Source: Nitrososphaeria archaeon
Lineage (GTDB): Archaea; Thermoproteota; Nitrososphaeria; Geothermarchaeales; JDFR-13
DNA: 64,000 nt
Assembly (NCBI GenBank): GCA_027078545.1
Contig: JALWXN010000004.1
Span: 416,001 to 480,000 of the forward strand
Reading direction: 5' to 3'
Numbering within the stretch: the stretch's first letter is position 1; every line of letters starts with the position of its first letter. The notes under the pieces were generated by a model. It saw only the letters and a program-made list of their open reading frames with translations. It was not told where the DNA came from and did no database searches. Positions 17,641-27,478 of the stretch are shown in pieces. The position numbers and the translations under genes were made by a program.

Positions 17641-18737
17641 ACATATCCCAGCTCCTCGGGGCTCGGCAAGGTGTATCTCGCTCCTCTCCATACTATCTCT
17701 CTTCCCCGTGAGAGGAGTAGGAGGGGTAGCTGGATGAGGAGTATGATGGGTGCATATACCCATATACCTGCCACGGAGCCGTCGCCCACCACTTTGCTGG
17801 CGACTATGCATCTACTCCTGAGCCTTAACATATATAGGAGGTGGAGTAGGAGGGTCAGGACCGCCTCGGCCAGGCCGAGGATGCTCGGGAATAGTAGGTT
17901 GTATATTCCTACCATGGTAGCAAGCCAGACATAGCCGTGGTAGGCGGCTCCCCTCCTCCATAGTGACCGGCTATATACGTAGACTATCCTCTGTTGCCTG
18001 ATGATGAAGGAGATGGCGTCTCTAAGCCTCTCGATACCTATGTTCCTCACTAGGCTGTATAGGCTGAAGCCTATCTCTACACCCCTCTCCCTGGCTAGGT
18101 AGGTGTAGGCCACGTCGTCCGAGACGGCTCCCCTCCACATCTCGAGTAGCCTATCCACGTCTAGGAAGTCCCTGGTGAAGCATGCCGAGCCTCCCCAGAC
18201 TATCCTCGTATCCCTCCCCAGCATCGTGTCCAGGCTGTATATGCTCCATAGACTTAGGAGTATGGGGGCCTCCCTGGGGCTGTATACCCTGTAGCCTGTC
18301 GATACACCCTCTCTACAGCTCTGGATTAGAGCCCTTATCCACTTCTCATGGGGGACTATATCGTCGTCTATGAATACTATGTATCTATACCTGTCGAGAT
18401 CGAGGTTCCTGAGGGCTGTGGCTAGGTTCCTATTCTTCCCCTGGTAGCCCTCCAGCTCCTCCGCCTCCATCAGGGTTATGGCTAGGTTCTCCACATCTGG
18501 TATCTCCGGCCTATCCCCCTCGTATATGATGGCTAGGTGGGAGCCTGGTGAGGCCTCCCCAAGCCTCTCAACCAGCTCCCCAAGCCCCCATCCCGGGTCC
18601 TTCACGGGTAGGATGAATAGTACCTCCTCCGGCCTATGGGTTGGAGGCTCTGGCCCGGGGTCTAGATGGATCCCCCTTGCAACGAAGTATATCGCGTATA
18701 TAAGGCTGGCTATGAGGAGGAGGTTAAGAATCTCCAG
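17637..18737 (-). CDS. Membrane glycosyltransferase, GT2/ceramide glucosyltransferase-like; probable non-canonical start
   Basis: GKNRNL, FIDDD, WGGS, SDD, and RQQR (QxxRW-like). The frame stays open upstream of GTG 18605 through a TM helix and VLFILPVK to CTG 18737. Confidence 0.8.
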   Translation of the reverse strand: MEILNLLLIASLIYAIYFVARGIHLDPGPEPPTHRPEEVLFILPVKDPGWGLGELVERLGEASPGSHLAIIYEGDRPEIPDVENLAITLMEAEELEGYQGKNRNLATALRNLDLDRYRYIVFIDDDIVPHEKWIRALIQSCREGVSTGYRVYSPREAPILLSLWSIYSLDTMLGRDTRIVWGGSACFTRDFLDVDRLLEMWRGAVSDDVAYTYLARERGVEIGFSLYSLVRNIGIERLRDAISFIIRQQRIVYVYSRSLWRRGAAYHGYVWLATMVGIYNLLFPSILGLAEAVLTLLLHLLYMLRLRSRCIVASKVVGDGSVAGIWVYAPIILLIQLPLLLLSRGREIVWRGARYTLPSPEELGYV

Positions 18738-18972
18738 CCTCCTCTACCTCCACCATCTCGGTGGCCACTGCCACTATGTTGTCTCCACGTATGAGTACTA
18801 GCCTGTCGTTGAAGCTCTCCTCGGGCCTCCCCCTGACCACCTCATAGTTCGAGAGGAGGAGGGAGCCGTTCCTACCGACCTCCTCCAACACCCCCTTGAC
18901 TATGCCGGTCCTAGTCTTGACGTATATCTCCCTCCCCACCAGCGACTCTAAATACTTAATCATGTCCAGCAT
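18724..18972 (-). CDS. Sm-like (LSm/SmAP) protein
   Basis: Sm1-like IYVK..G.VKGVL...GSLLL and Sm2 motif LIRGDNIV. Start ATG 18972. Confidence 0.82.
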   Translation of the reverse strand: MLDMIKYLESLVGREIYVKTRTGIVKGVLEEVGRNGSLLLSNYEVVRGRPEESFNDRLVLIRGDNIVAVATEMVEVEEAGDS

Positions 18973-19029
18973 CTCTATCAGTAGAGATAAGGATGGCTGG
19001 GCGATATAAGTGGCCCCCTGGCTTTTCAT

Positions 19030-19064
19030 ACTTTTCCCATGTTGAAAAGGGAAAAGTTTATAAA
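19030..19064 (+). promoter_or_regulatory. Thermosome promoter: BRE/TATA with overlapping inverted repeat
   Basis: GGAAAAG followed by TTTATAAA (19057-19064); ACTTTTCCC-N10-GGGAAAAGT at 19030-19057. Confidence 0.65.
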
Positions 19065-19115
19065 TGGGTTTCATACCTTCTATAGGGTGAAAAATAGGAT
19101 TTGAAGGGTGAGACT

Positions 19116-20768
19116 ATGAGCGCACCTGCATATCCGGTTGCAGCTGGTCAGCCGATCATAATCCTGAAGGAGGGTACGACTAGGAGCAAGGGCCGCGAGG
19201 CCATGAGGAAGAATATCCTGGCAGCGAAGACAGTGGCCGAGATCGTTAGGAGCAGCCTCGGCCCAAAGGGTATGGACAAGATGCTTGTAGACAGCCTGGG
19301 CGACGTCGTAATCACCAATGACGGTGCTACGATGCTTAAGGAGATGGAGATCGAGCATCCAGCCGCCAAGATGATGGTCGAGGTTGCCAAGGCCCAGGAC
19401 GCCGAGGTCGGTGACGGTACCACCTCAGTCGTGGTCCTCGCCGGTGAGCTACTAAACAATGCTGAGAAGCTGATCGACAGGGATGTACATCCAACGGTGA
19501 TCATCGAGGGCTATAAGAAGGCACTTGACAAGGCTATCGAGTCCCTCAAGGAGATAGCTGTTAAGGTCGACCCTAACGATGACGAGCTCCTGAAGAAGGT
19601 GGCCAAGACCTCTATGAACAGTAAGCTCGTCGCTGCTTACAAGGACTACCTAGCCGAGATCGCTGTACAGGCTGTGAAGCACATCATCCAGAAGACTGAT
19701 GGCGAGGTCAAGATCGACCTGGACGACATCAAGATCGAGAAGAAGCCTGGCGGTAGCATCAAGGACACGGTGTTTGTGAGGGGTATCGTCCTGGACAAGG
19801 AGGTTGTCCACAGCGGTATGCCTAAGAGGGTTGAGAATGCTAAGATAGCCCTGATCAACGCCCCACTAGAGATTGAGAAGACAGAGTTCGACGCCAGGAT
19901 AAACATAACCAGCCCTGAGCAGATCAGGCTCTTCCTAGAGGAGGAGCACAAGATGCTGAAGGAGATGGTTGACAAGATCGCCTCCACCGGCGCCAACGTC
20001 GTTATATGCCAGAAGGGTATCGACGACGTGGCTCAGCACTACCTGGCTAAGGCCGGCATCCTAGCCGTTAGGAGGGTGAAGCAGAGCGACATGGAGAAGC
20101 TGGCAAAGGCCACCGGCGCCAGGATTGTGAACAACATCGACGACCTGACACCTGAGGACCTCGGCTATGCTGAGGTGGTTGAGGAGAGGAAGATCGAGGA
20201 CGACAAGTTCATCTTCATCGAGGGCTGCAAGAACCCGAGGGCCGTCACGATCCTAGTGAGGGGCGGTAGCGAGAGGGTGGTGGACGAGGCTGAGAGGAGC
20301 CTTGTCGACGCCCTGAACGTGGTTAAGGACGTCATCATCAGGCCTGAGATAGTGGCTGGCGGCGGTGCTGTAGAGGCTGAGCTGGCCAGCAGGATCAGGA
20401 AGTGGGCAAACAAGCTTAGCGGTAGGGAGCAGCTAGCGGCCAACGCCTTCGCAGATGCCCTGGAGATCATCCCGCTGACACTGGCTGAGAACGCTGGTCT
20501 GGACACGATCGATATCGAGGTCAGGCTTAGGAGCGCCCACAGCAAGGGCAAGACCTGGTACGGCGTCGACGTCTTCGAGGGCAAGGTCAGGGACATGTGG
20601 GAGAAGGAGGTCTTCGAGCCAGCCCTAGTGAAGGAGCAGATGTACAAGGCAGCCACGGAGGTCGCTTCGATGATCCTGAGGATCGACGATGTGATCGCAG
20701 CCAGCAAGCTCAAGGAGGAGAAGGAGAGCAAGGGCCCATCAGAGTCTGAGGAGTTCGGCACCGACTAA
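19116..20768 (+). CDS. ths: Thermosome (group II chaperonin) subunit
   Basis: [28 protein letters not shown]; strongly biased codon usage. Confidence 0.97.
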   Translation: MSAPAYPVAAGQPIIILKEGTTRSKGREAMRKNILAAKTVAEIVRSSLGPKGMDKMLVDSLGDVVITNDGATMLKEMEIEHPAAKMMVEVAKAQDAEVGDGTTSVVVLAGELLNNAEKLIDRDVHPTVIIEGYKKALDKAIESLKEIAVKVDPNDDELLKKVAKTSMNSKLVAAYKDYLAEIAVQAVKHIIQKTDGEVKIDLDDIKIEKKPGGSIKDTVFVRGIVLDKEVVHSGMPKRVENAKIALINAPLEIEKTEFDARINITSPEQIRLFLEEEHKMLKEMVDKIASTGANVVICQKGIDDVAQHYLAKAGILAVRRVKQSDMEKLAKATGARIVNNIDDLTPEDLGYAEVVEERKIEDDKFIFIEGCKNPRAVTILVRGGSERVVDEAERSLVDALNVVKDVIIRPEIVAGGGAVEAELASRIRKWANKLSGREQLAANAFADALEIIPLTLAENAGLDTIDIEVRLRSAHSKGKTWYGVDVFEGKVRDMWEKEVFEPALVKEQMYKAATEVASMILRIDDVIAASKLKEEKESKGPSESEEFGTD

Positions 20769-20776
20769 AACCCCAA

Positions 20777-20800
20777 CTTTTTAAATCTATAAATTTTTTG
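20777..20800 (+). terminator. Oligo-T terminator after the thermosome gene
   Basis: Two T tracts (CTTTTT...ATTTTTTG) shortly after the stop codon. Confidence 0.55.
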
Positions 20801-20917
20801 TATATCCCCAGCTCTTCTACCTAGCTTTCTATATTCCTTCTAAATCCTTAGTACATGTACTTTGTTAGGTGTACTTGTCTAACCTGTTACAGGTATTTTG
20901 TCGGTTGGTTGCTAGGA

Positions 20918-21109
20918 CTACTCGTTGGTCTCCTGCTTCTTCTCCTCCTCTTCCTGGGCCTTCTGGAACTCCTTCTTGGCCTGGCCTAGTGCCCTAGCCA
21001 GCTTTGGGAGCTGGTTGGGGCCCCAGATGAGGAGTATGATTATCACCGCTATGACGAAGAGGATCTCGGAGCCTCCTAGTATTGCGTATACGAGGCTGGA
21101 TAGTGGCAT
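20918..21109 (-). CDS. tatA: Twin-arginine translocase TatA/E
   Basis: GGSEIL...LLIWGPNQLPKLARALGQAKKEFQK. Confidence 0.88.
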   Translation of the reverse strand: MPLSSLVYAILGGSEILFVIAVIIILLIWGPNQLPKLARALGQAKKEFQKAQEEEEKKQETNE

Positions 21110-21176
21110 ATTTGTTCCACACCTCCATTGAAATATAGACTGACTATACATTTAAAGTGTCTGGTAAAGAGAGTAT

Positions 21177-21776
21177 TTACTTCTCCCTCCCGAAGTCTCT
21201 CAGCCAGTACTCACTGAATACTCCCTCGACCTCCAGTATCCTCCTGATCACAGGTGATATGAGGGGCTCTCCCCCTATGATGGGGTATCTATAGGGGAGG
21301 TGGACCTCATGGTCATCACCCTTCACCGTGAGGCCATCTACATACATGATCTTATCCAGCTCCCTACCCATCTGTATCTGGCACGCGACGTATACAGCCC
21401 CGTCGATGCTGTACTGACCCTCCCCTATGCTCCTTGCCGGGAGTCCTAGCGGCTCTGTGAGGAGCTCCCTGGTCCGTCCCCTTGGTGGGTAGTCGCCGAG
21501 TATGCCTCCCACCACTAGGCTGTACCGCCTAGCCTCCATGGGTGTTAGGGCCTCCTCCGCCTTTGGGTCTAGGACTATGAGGCTGTCCCTCGGGAGTATT
21601 TCCCAGGCGTGTTGGCTGTAGACCTCGCCGTATCTAGAGAGTATCCGGGCTACCCTCCCATTCCTGATGTTTGTGTAGATGACTCTGCAGCTGGATATCT
21701 GTGCCGCGTGGATATATTCGTATAGTAGCCAGGGGCTGTAGTGCTCCTCTAGATGCTCTATGGCTATGGCCTTCAC
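21177..21776 (-). CDS. SPOUT-class methyltransferase, Sfm1/DUF431-like
   Basis: IEHLE, LDP.A, GGILGDYPPRGRT, QYSIDGA, LPYRY. Start GTG 21776. Confidence 0.8.
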   Translation of the reverse strand: MKAIAIEHLEEHYSPWLLYEYIHAAQISSCRVIYTNIRNGRVARILSRYGEVYSQHAWEILPRDSLIVLDPKAEEALTPMEARRYSLVVGGILGDYPPRGRTRELLTEPLGLPARSIGEGQYSIDGAVYVACQIQMGRELDKIMYVDGLTVKGDDHEVHLPYRYPIIGGEPLISPVIRRILEVEGVFSEYWLRDFGREK

Positions 21777-21861
21777 TATAATGCCCTCCGTGGGAGTATA
21801 GGAGTATATACATATACTAACCTCGACCCTATATACTCTAGGTGATCCGATACCTGTATAG

Positions 21862-23001
21862 GTGTGGATGGAGATGTCGGCCAAGCCAGGTATGTGGCCC
21901 ACACCATATGGCCCGATAACCCATAGGAAGATATTCGCCAACCTCTTGAAGGATATTATTAGGACGAATAAGTGTGTCTACTGTAGTGCCTGCGCCTCTG
22001 TCTGTCCTACCTATGCTATACAGATGCTGGATGACGTCCCCCGGCTACTAGGTGTATGTATAAAGTGTGGGTACTGCTACTACGCATGCCCCGGGACGGT
22101 TGAGGAGAAGTTCGACGGTTTTGGGGATAGGCTTAAGATTGATAGGATGGTTTTTGGGGAGGAGAGGAGTAGGGCCTTCGGCGTGTATAAGAAGGTCTTC
22201 GTCGTCAAGCCTATTGAGGATCCCGACGCCTTCCCTGAGGAGGCGGTTCTTAAGGAGATCCTGGCATATGGCATGGAGATGGGTTATTGGGACGCTGTGG
22301 CATATGGCGGTAGGGATGAGCCTGTGACGGAGGGCCTCCTCAGCTACCAGGTAGTGGGTTGGAAGTCTAGGCCTAGCTATAAGCTGAGCCCAGAGGAGGT
22401 TAGGTCTATCAAGCTCAAGGTGTTTAGCCAGCCCCCCACGATACTGGGGCTGAGGGGTGCTATAGACGAGTTGAAGGGTGGGTTCTTCCAGGGTGTTGAG
22501 AATCCACGTGTAGCTATCCTGGGCCCCCCGGAGCATATAAGGAGTATCTGGAGGGGCCGCTTCTCCTGGGCTGGCCACACCAAGCTGCTCAGGACCGTCG
22601 TCTTCATGGCGTCCTACTTCCATAGGAGGTTCTATATGCCGGGTAAGCTCACAGCTATACTGGCTAAGAAGGGTGTTAACTGGAATCAGATAGAGGATGT
22701 GGAGTATGTCGATGGTGGGCTCAGGATAAAGGCTGGTGATAAGTGGGTCGAGCTTAGTGGTGAGGAGCTCGAACCAGCTGTGAACAAGGCTATCGAGGAG
22801 GTTAACGACGTGACTGGTGAGTATGCTGATCTATCGGCTGGCAGGGTTGATGGTATCGAGGGGGTGGTCGTGATAGCTAGGACGGATAGGGCTGTCGAGG
22901 TTGTCTCCAGGGCCATAGAGGCCGGGAGGCTCGAGAAGATCGATGTTGATGAGGAGAGGGTTTTGTCTGCCTTGGAAGCCCTGTATGGAGGTGGTTCCTA
23001 G
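21862..23001 (+). CDS. FpoF/FqoF (FrhB-family)-like subunit with N-terminal 2x[4Fe-4S]; degenerate
   Basis: CVYCSACASVCP and CIKCGYCYYACP, FGVYK, ADLSAG, VIARTDRA; first gene of the complex I-like operon. Confidence 0.8.
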   Translation: MWMEMSAKPGMWPTPYGPITHRKIFANLLKDIIRTNKCVYCSACASVCPTYAIQMLDDVPRLLGVCIKCGYCYYACPGTVEEKFDGFGDRLKIDRMVFGEERSRAFGVYKKVFVVKPIEDPDAFPEEAVLKEILAYGMEMGYWDAVAYGGRDEPVTEGLLSYQVVGWKSRPSYKLSPEEVRSIKLKVFSQPPTILGLRGAIDELKGGFFQGVENPRVAILGPPEHIRSIWRGRFSWAGHTKLLRTVVFMASYFHRRFYMPGKLTAILAKKGVNWNQIEDVEYVDGGLRIKAGDKWVELSGEELEPAVNKAIEEVNDVTGEYADLSAGRVDGIEGVVVIARTDRAVEVVSRAIEAGRLEKIDVDEERVLSALEALYGGGS

Positions 23002-23373
23002 ATGACGATAGGTCCCTTCGAGGCCTTCTGGATATATGTGATACTATTCTTCCTAACATCGCTGGGGACTATCGAGGTTGCCTGGCTACTATCGAGCAAG
23101 AGGAAAGAGCCGGAGAAGTATAAGGCTTTCGAGGCTGGGCAGCCGATGGATGTCGTGCCTAACGAGGTGGGGCTCTTCGGGTCTATACGCTACTTCGCCT
23201 ATGCCATGGCCTTCTTCGTCCTAGACGCCTTTGTATGGATCCTCTTCGCCAGCCTGACCGCCCTGAGGATCCTCTCCTCCTTTGCTGCGATGGCCCTATT
23301 CATATATATATCGATACTCTTAGTCGGTCTCTGGTATTACATTATCCGTGTCTTGGAGGTGTATAGGGGATGA
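23002..23373 (+). CDS. nuoA: Complex I-like subunit A
   Basis: EKYKAFEAG, RYFAYAMAFFVLD; 3 TM segments. Confidence 0.85.
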   Translation: MTIGPFEAFWIYVILFFLTSLGTIEVAWLLSSKRKEPEKYKAFEAGQPMDVVPNEVGLFGSIRYFAYAMAFFVLDAFVWILFASLTALRILSSFAAMALFIYISILLVGLWYYIIRVLEVYRG

Positions 23374-23879
23374 GTGGTAACGGGGAGTATAAGGCTGGGC
23401 TCCTCGAGAAGATGCCTAAGACTATTAGGAAGATGTTTAACTGGGGGAGGAGCTTCAGCCTATGGCCTGTACACCTCGTGACGGGGTGCTGCAGCCCCGA
23501 GTATATGCAGCTCTTCGGGCCTAGGTATGACCTGGAGAGGTGGGGTGTCCTCCCACTAGCCTCTTCACGCCAGAGCGATGTCATGATATTCGTGGGTAAC
23601 GTGGCTAGGAAGATGATGCTCAGGGCTAAGAGGGTGTATGAGCAGATGCCCGAGCCTAAATGGGTATATGTCATAGGGGCCTGTGCATCTAGTAAGGGGC
23701 CATTCCCCGAGAGCTACAGCCTCGTAAGGGTTAAGGACTATATGAAGGTGGACATGTTCGTGGCTGGCTGTCCACCTAAGCCGGAGGCTATCCACTACGG
23801 CTTCCTCAAGCTTAGGGAGAAGGTCTTGAACGAGGTAGGTGGCGGTGGATCCGCAGAGACTGTCAAGCCTACTCAGTGA
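23370..23879 (+). CDS. nuoB: Complex I-like subunit B
   Basis: SLWP...GCC, RQSD, QMPEPKWV..GACA, GCPP.PEA. Confidence 0.93.
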   Translation: MSGNGEYKAGLLEKMPKTIRKMFNWGRSFSLWPVHLVTGCCSPEYMQLFGPRYDLERWGVLPLASSRQSDVMIFVGNVARKMMLRAKRVYEQMPEPKWVYVIGACASSKGPFPESYSLVRVKDYMKVDMFVAGCPPKPEAIHYGFLKLREKVLNEVGGGGSAETVKPTQ

Positions 23880-24327
23880 GAGGTTTGGGGATAAGCTACA
23901 GGTGGTGAGGGTAGAGCCCCGCCGCCTATACATCAAGGTGGACCACTCCATAGCCCATGATGTAGCTAGGATGTTGAAGGAGCAGGGCTTCGTCATGCCT
24001 ATAACGATGGGTGGGACGGACTTCCCGAAGAAGAATGTCATCGAGATCTTCTACGGCGTGTGGTCGCCGGATCATGACTTCGTAGTCGTGATGAAGTTTG
24101 ATATCGATAGGAATGAGCCTAGGTTCAAGACGTTTATAGATATCTGGCCAGGGGTCCATAACTATGAGAGGGAGACCTGGGAGCTCCTAGGAGTGGATAT
24201 CGAGGGGCATCCCAGGCTGAAGCTCCTCCTCCTACCGGATGACTGGAGCTTCGAGGAGGAGGGGCACCCGCTTAGGAAGGACTTCGACGCCACTAAATAT
24301 AGGAGTCCATGGGGTGACGAGAGATGA
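23839..24327 (+). CDS. nuoC: Complex I-like subunit C
   Basis: YERETWELLG..EGHP.L..LLLPDDW..GHPLRKDF. Confidence 0.93.
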   Translation: MAVDPQRLSSLLSERFGDKLQVVRVEPRRLYIKVDHSIAHDVARMLKEQGFVMPITMGGTDFPKKNVIEIFYGVWSPDHDFVVVMKFDIDRNEPRFKTFIDIWPGVHNYERETWELLGVDIEGHPRLKLLLLPDDWSFEEEGHPLRKDFDATKYRSPWGDER

Positions 24328-25472
24328 GCTATGACATGCATAGGTATTTGACAGACCCGTTCCAGGAGATCGAGGAGCTGGGTGGCGGCCTCTTCAAGCT
24401 TAATATTGGGCCGCAGCACCCGATAAGTGGCCAGGGCCGCTTCATAGTCCTCACCGACGGCGAGATCGTCTATGATATCGAGGTGGATATCGGGTATAGC
24501 CATAGGGGGATCGAGAAGATACTCGAGTATAAGAACTATATCCAGGCGGTCGTCCCCCTAGAGAGGATGGTTATGCTGGACACCTCCAACATCCTGATGG
24601 GCTTCGTCAGGGCTGTGGAGGATCTCTATGGAATCGAGCCCCCGCCCCGGGCCAAGTATATAAGGACGATCATAAACGAGCTCAACAGGATCTCTAGCCA
24701 TCTATATGCCCTGGGCCTATTCGCAGAGTCTGCCGGCTGGAACCCGGCGGTATTCATCTGGACGACTGTTGATCGTGAGCCCATACTAGACATCCTTGAG
24801 ATGATTACTGGAGCTAGGTGGAGCCACTCATTCTTCATACCAGGTGGGGTCAGGGCCGACCTACCCCGTGGGGTGAAGGAGAGGATCCTCGACACGATGG
24901 ACTATCTCGAGAGGAGGCTCGAGGTCTATGAGGATGCCTGGATATATAACGAGACCTTCAGGATGAGGACCGAGGGTGTTGGTATACTCCCCCGTGACAA
25001 GGCTCTTGAGTGGGGTGCCGCCGGCCCCAGCCTGAGGGCATCGGGCGTAAAGTATGATACACGCCTCAACGAGCCCTACTCCGCCTATCCCGAGCTGGAC
25101 TTCAGGATAGTGACCCATACCGCCGGGGACTCCTATGCCCGTGGATGGGTCAGGTTTGAGGAGATCAAGGTGAGTATAGACCTGGTTAGGCAGGCCATAG
25201 AGAATATTCCTGAGGGCCCTGTTAAGAAGGCCCTCCCACCCAGGCCTGTGAAGGAGGAGACCCTGGCCAGGGCTGAGACGGCTAGGGGTGAGATAAACTT
25301 TTATATCTATACCGAGGGGAGGGATAAGCCCTATAGGGTGAAGATAAGCCCAGCCAGCTTCCGCAACTTCTTCGTCATTGAGCAGATGCCCAAGATACAG
25401 GAGATCAAGCTAGCTGATGTGCCTCCACTCATATATAGCTTTGATCCCTGGTTCCTAGACGCCGATAGGTGA
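24324..25472 (+). CDS. nuoD: Complex I-like subunit D (no NiFe CxxC motifs)
   Basis: NIGPQHP, GYSHRGIEK, ELNRI.SHL, GGV..D; C-terminus DPWFLDADR. Confidence 0.92.
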   Translation: MSYDMHRYLTDPFQEIEELGGGLFKLNIGPQHPISGQGRFIVLTDGEIVYDIEVDIGYSHRGIEKILEYKNYIQAVVPLERMVMLDTSNILMGFVRAVEDLYGIEPPPRAKYIRTIINELNRISSHLYALGLFAESAGWNPAVFIWTTVDREPILDILEMITGARWSHSFFIPGGVRADLPRGVKERILDTMDYLERRLEVYEDAWIYNETFRMRTEGVGILPRDKALEWGAAGPSLRASGVKYDTRLNEPYSAYPELDFRIVTHTAGDSYARGWVRFEEIKVSIDLVRQAIENIPEGPVKKALPPRPVKEETLARAETARGEINFYIYTEGRDKPYRVKISPASFRNFFVIEQMPKIQEIKLADVPPLIYSFDPWFLDADR

Positions 25473-26497
25473 TCACTATGATAGACCCGATCCTAGACTT
25501 CATATTCACGAATCTCGACCCCCTTATCAGGATCATCATCTACCCCGGGATCACCTTCATAATGCTCTTCACGATCTTCGCCGTCTGGTATCAGAGGAAG
25601 TTCCTGGCCAGGCTTATGCTTAGGATGGGCCCTGTCCATGCTGGTAAGTTCGCTGGCTGGCTACAGCTGATAGCCGACTCCCTGAAGCTCCTCACCAAGG
25701 AGATCATCTTCCCAGAGCATTCATACAAGAAGCTCTTCCTAATCTCTGCTATAACCCTCCCGGTAATACCTGCTGCAGCCATCGCACTGGTCCCCTTCGC
25801 ACCGGGCTACGCCATATTCAATGTGAGGGGCTATACCGGGATCCTCTTCCTAGCGATCATGAGTCTATACCCTATCTTCATAGTCCTTATGGGCTGGGCC
25901 TCGAACAACAAGTTCACATTGATCGGTGCGTTTAGGACTATCTACCTCGACGTGGCGGGTGAGATCCCCCTATTCCTAGCGGCTCTAGGCGTATTTGTAT
26001 GGGCCGGGACCTATGATCTCCAGGACATTGTTGCTCAGCAGGCCACTATGTGGTTCGTGATCCCCCAGTTCCTAGGGTTCCTAGTCTTCTTCATAAGCTA
26101 CTTCGCCATGATCGAGAAGGCCCCCCTAGACATACCTGAGGCGGAGACGGAGCTGGTCTTCGGCTATAGGACCGAGTATACCGGTGCGCTATTCCTAGAC
26201 ACTATGCTAGGCGACTATATCAATGTTCTGGCCTGGGGCCTCATGATGATAACCCTGTACTTCGGCGGTTATAACGGCCCAGCCATATTTGCTGATCCGG
26301 TGCTTAACGGTGCCTTCTGGATCCTGTTTAAACTTATTATACTACTGGCTATTACCTATACGGTCATAATATCCTACGCTAGGCTTAGGATCGACCAGGC
26401 TATCAGGCTGGGGTGGTACTATTTAATACCCCTGGCCCTGCTTAATCTAATCATAACCGTGATATTGAAGTATGTAGTGTTGGAGGGAGGAGTATGA
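25469..26497 (+). CDS. nuoH: Complex I-like subunit H
   Basis: RMGP, LQLIADSLKLLTKE, PLDIPEAETELV.G..TEY, R.RIDQ. Confidence 0.93.
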   Translation: MITMIDPILDFIFTNLDPLIRIIIYPGITFIMLFTIFAVWYQRKFLARLMLRMGPVHAGKFAGWLQLIADSLKLLTKEIIFPEHSYKKLFLISAITLPVIPAAAIALVPFAPGYAIFNVRGYTGILFLAIMSLYPIFIVLMGWASNNKFTLIGAFRTIYLDVAGEIPLFLAALGVFVWAGTYDLQDIVAQQATMWFVIPQFLGFLVFFISYFAMIEKAPLDIPEAETELVFGYRTEYTGALFLDTMLGDYINVLAWGLMMITLYFGGYNGPAIFADPVLNGAFWILFKLIILLAITYTVIISYARLRIDQAIRLGWYYLIPLALLNLIITVILKYVVLEGGV

Positions 26498-26970
26498 AGA
26501 AGAGGGGGTTTGTATCGAGGGTTGTGAAGCCCTTCCTAACCGTGCTTAGGCACGCGGCGTATAGCCCCGCTACCCATAAATATCCATATGAGAGGCTTGA
26601 GGGCTTCCCCCGTACACGTGGCAGGATAGTTCTGAAGATGGATGAGTGTATAGGGTGTGGCGCCTGTGGATACATATGTCCAGACCTAGCCATCATGATG
26701 AAGCCTGTCGAGGGTAGGGATCTCACCTACCCGGCTATAGACTTCCTGAAGTGTAGCTTCTGCGGCCTATGCGTAGAGATATGTCCCAGGGACGCCCTGG
26801 AGATGCAGCCGGTCGTTGAGCTGGGTAGTAGTGAGTATAGGGATCTGACCTACTACCCAGAGAGGATGACCCAGCCAGAGGACATTAAGAAGCTCCTCCC
26901 AGAGCTGAAGTATATGCTGACCCCCGTCGCCTCTAAGGATGGCCTTAAGTATATCAGGAGGAGGGTCTAG
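26494..26970 (+). CDS. nuoI: Complex I-like subunit I
   Basis: T.KYP.E, CIGCGACGYICP, CSFCGLCVEICP. Confidence 0.93.
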   Translation: MKKRGFVSRVVKPFLTVLRHAAYSPATHKYPYERLEGFPRTRGRIVLKMDECIGCGACGYICPDLAIMMKPVEGRDLTYPAIDFLKCSFCGLCVEICPRDALEMQPVVELGSSEYRDLTYYPERMTQPEDIKKLLPELKYMLTPVASKDGLKYIRRRV

Positions 26971-27237
26971 TTGCAGGACCCCTTTATACTCACCCTCCTA
27001 GCTCTCGAGGCATTGATCATACTGCTCTCACTCTATGCGGCGGAGTCTAAGAACCTAGCCTACAGTATACTGTCCCTCCTGGCTGTCAGCGTAGTGGCTG
27101 CCGTGATATTCTTCATGCTGGGCGGGATCTTCCCGGCGGTGGTCCAGATAGCAGTCTTCTCCGGTGCTGTGATAATCATGTTCATCTTCGTCTTCATAAT
27201 GACGAGGGGAGGTGTGCCGGTAGATGCAAAGGATTGA
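26971..27237 (+). CDS. nuoJ: Complex I-like subunit J, N-terminal half
   Basis: AVVQIAVFSGAV; 3 TM segments; position between I and K. Confidence 0.8.
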   Translation: MQDPFILTLLALEALIILLSLYAAESKNLAYSILSLLAVSVVAAVIFFMLGGIFPAVVQIAVFSGAVIIMFIFVFIMTRGGVPVDAKD

Positions 27238-27478
27238 CCCGGTTGTCAAGGCTGTCGGGATACTGGCGGGCATCATACTCGTGCTATGGTTCCTAGAGAT
27301 ACCTGTGGATGTCTTCGGCGGCTTGGTCACGATCTCTGTCGATCCTGGGGCGGCTGTCCAGGAGGCCACCCTCTACCTGTGGAGGGAGCGTCTGATAGAC
27401 ACTATTGTCCAGGGCGTCGTCATCGTGGCCGGCCTCCTAGGGGTATTGGCATATGTCCTATGGGGTGATAGGGAGTGA
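27224..27478 (+). CDS. Complex I-like subunit J, C-terminal half (split J)
   Basis: 2 TM segments, LW.ER.IDT..Q; position between J and K. Confidence 0.65.
   Translation: MQRIDPVVKAVGILAGIILVLWFLEIPVDVFGGLVTISVDPGAAVQEATLYLWRERLIDTIVQGVVIVAGLLGVLAYVLWGDRE

Noticed and set aside
23370-25472. Group 4 [NiFe]-hydrogenase
   Set aside because: The large subunit lacks both CxxC Ni-binding motifs, and the small subunit has the tandem CC typical of complex I.
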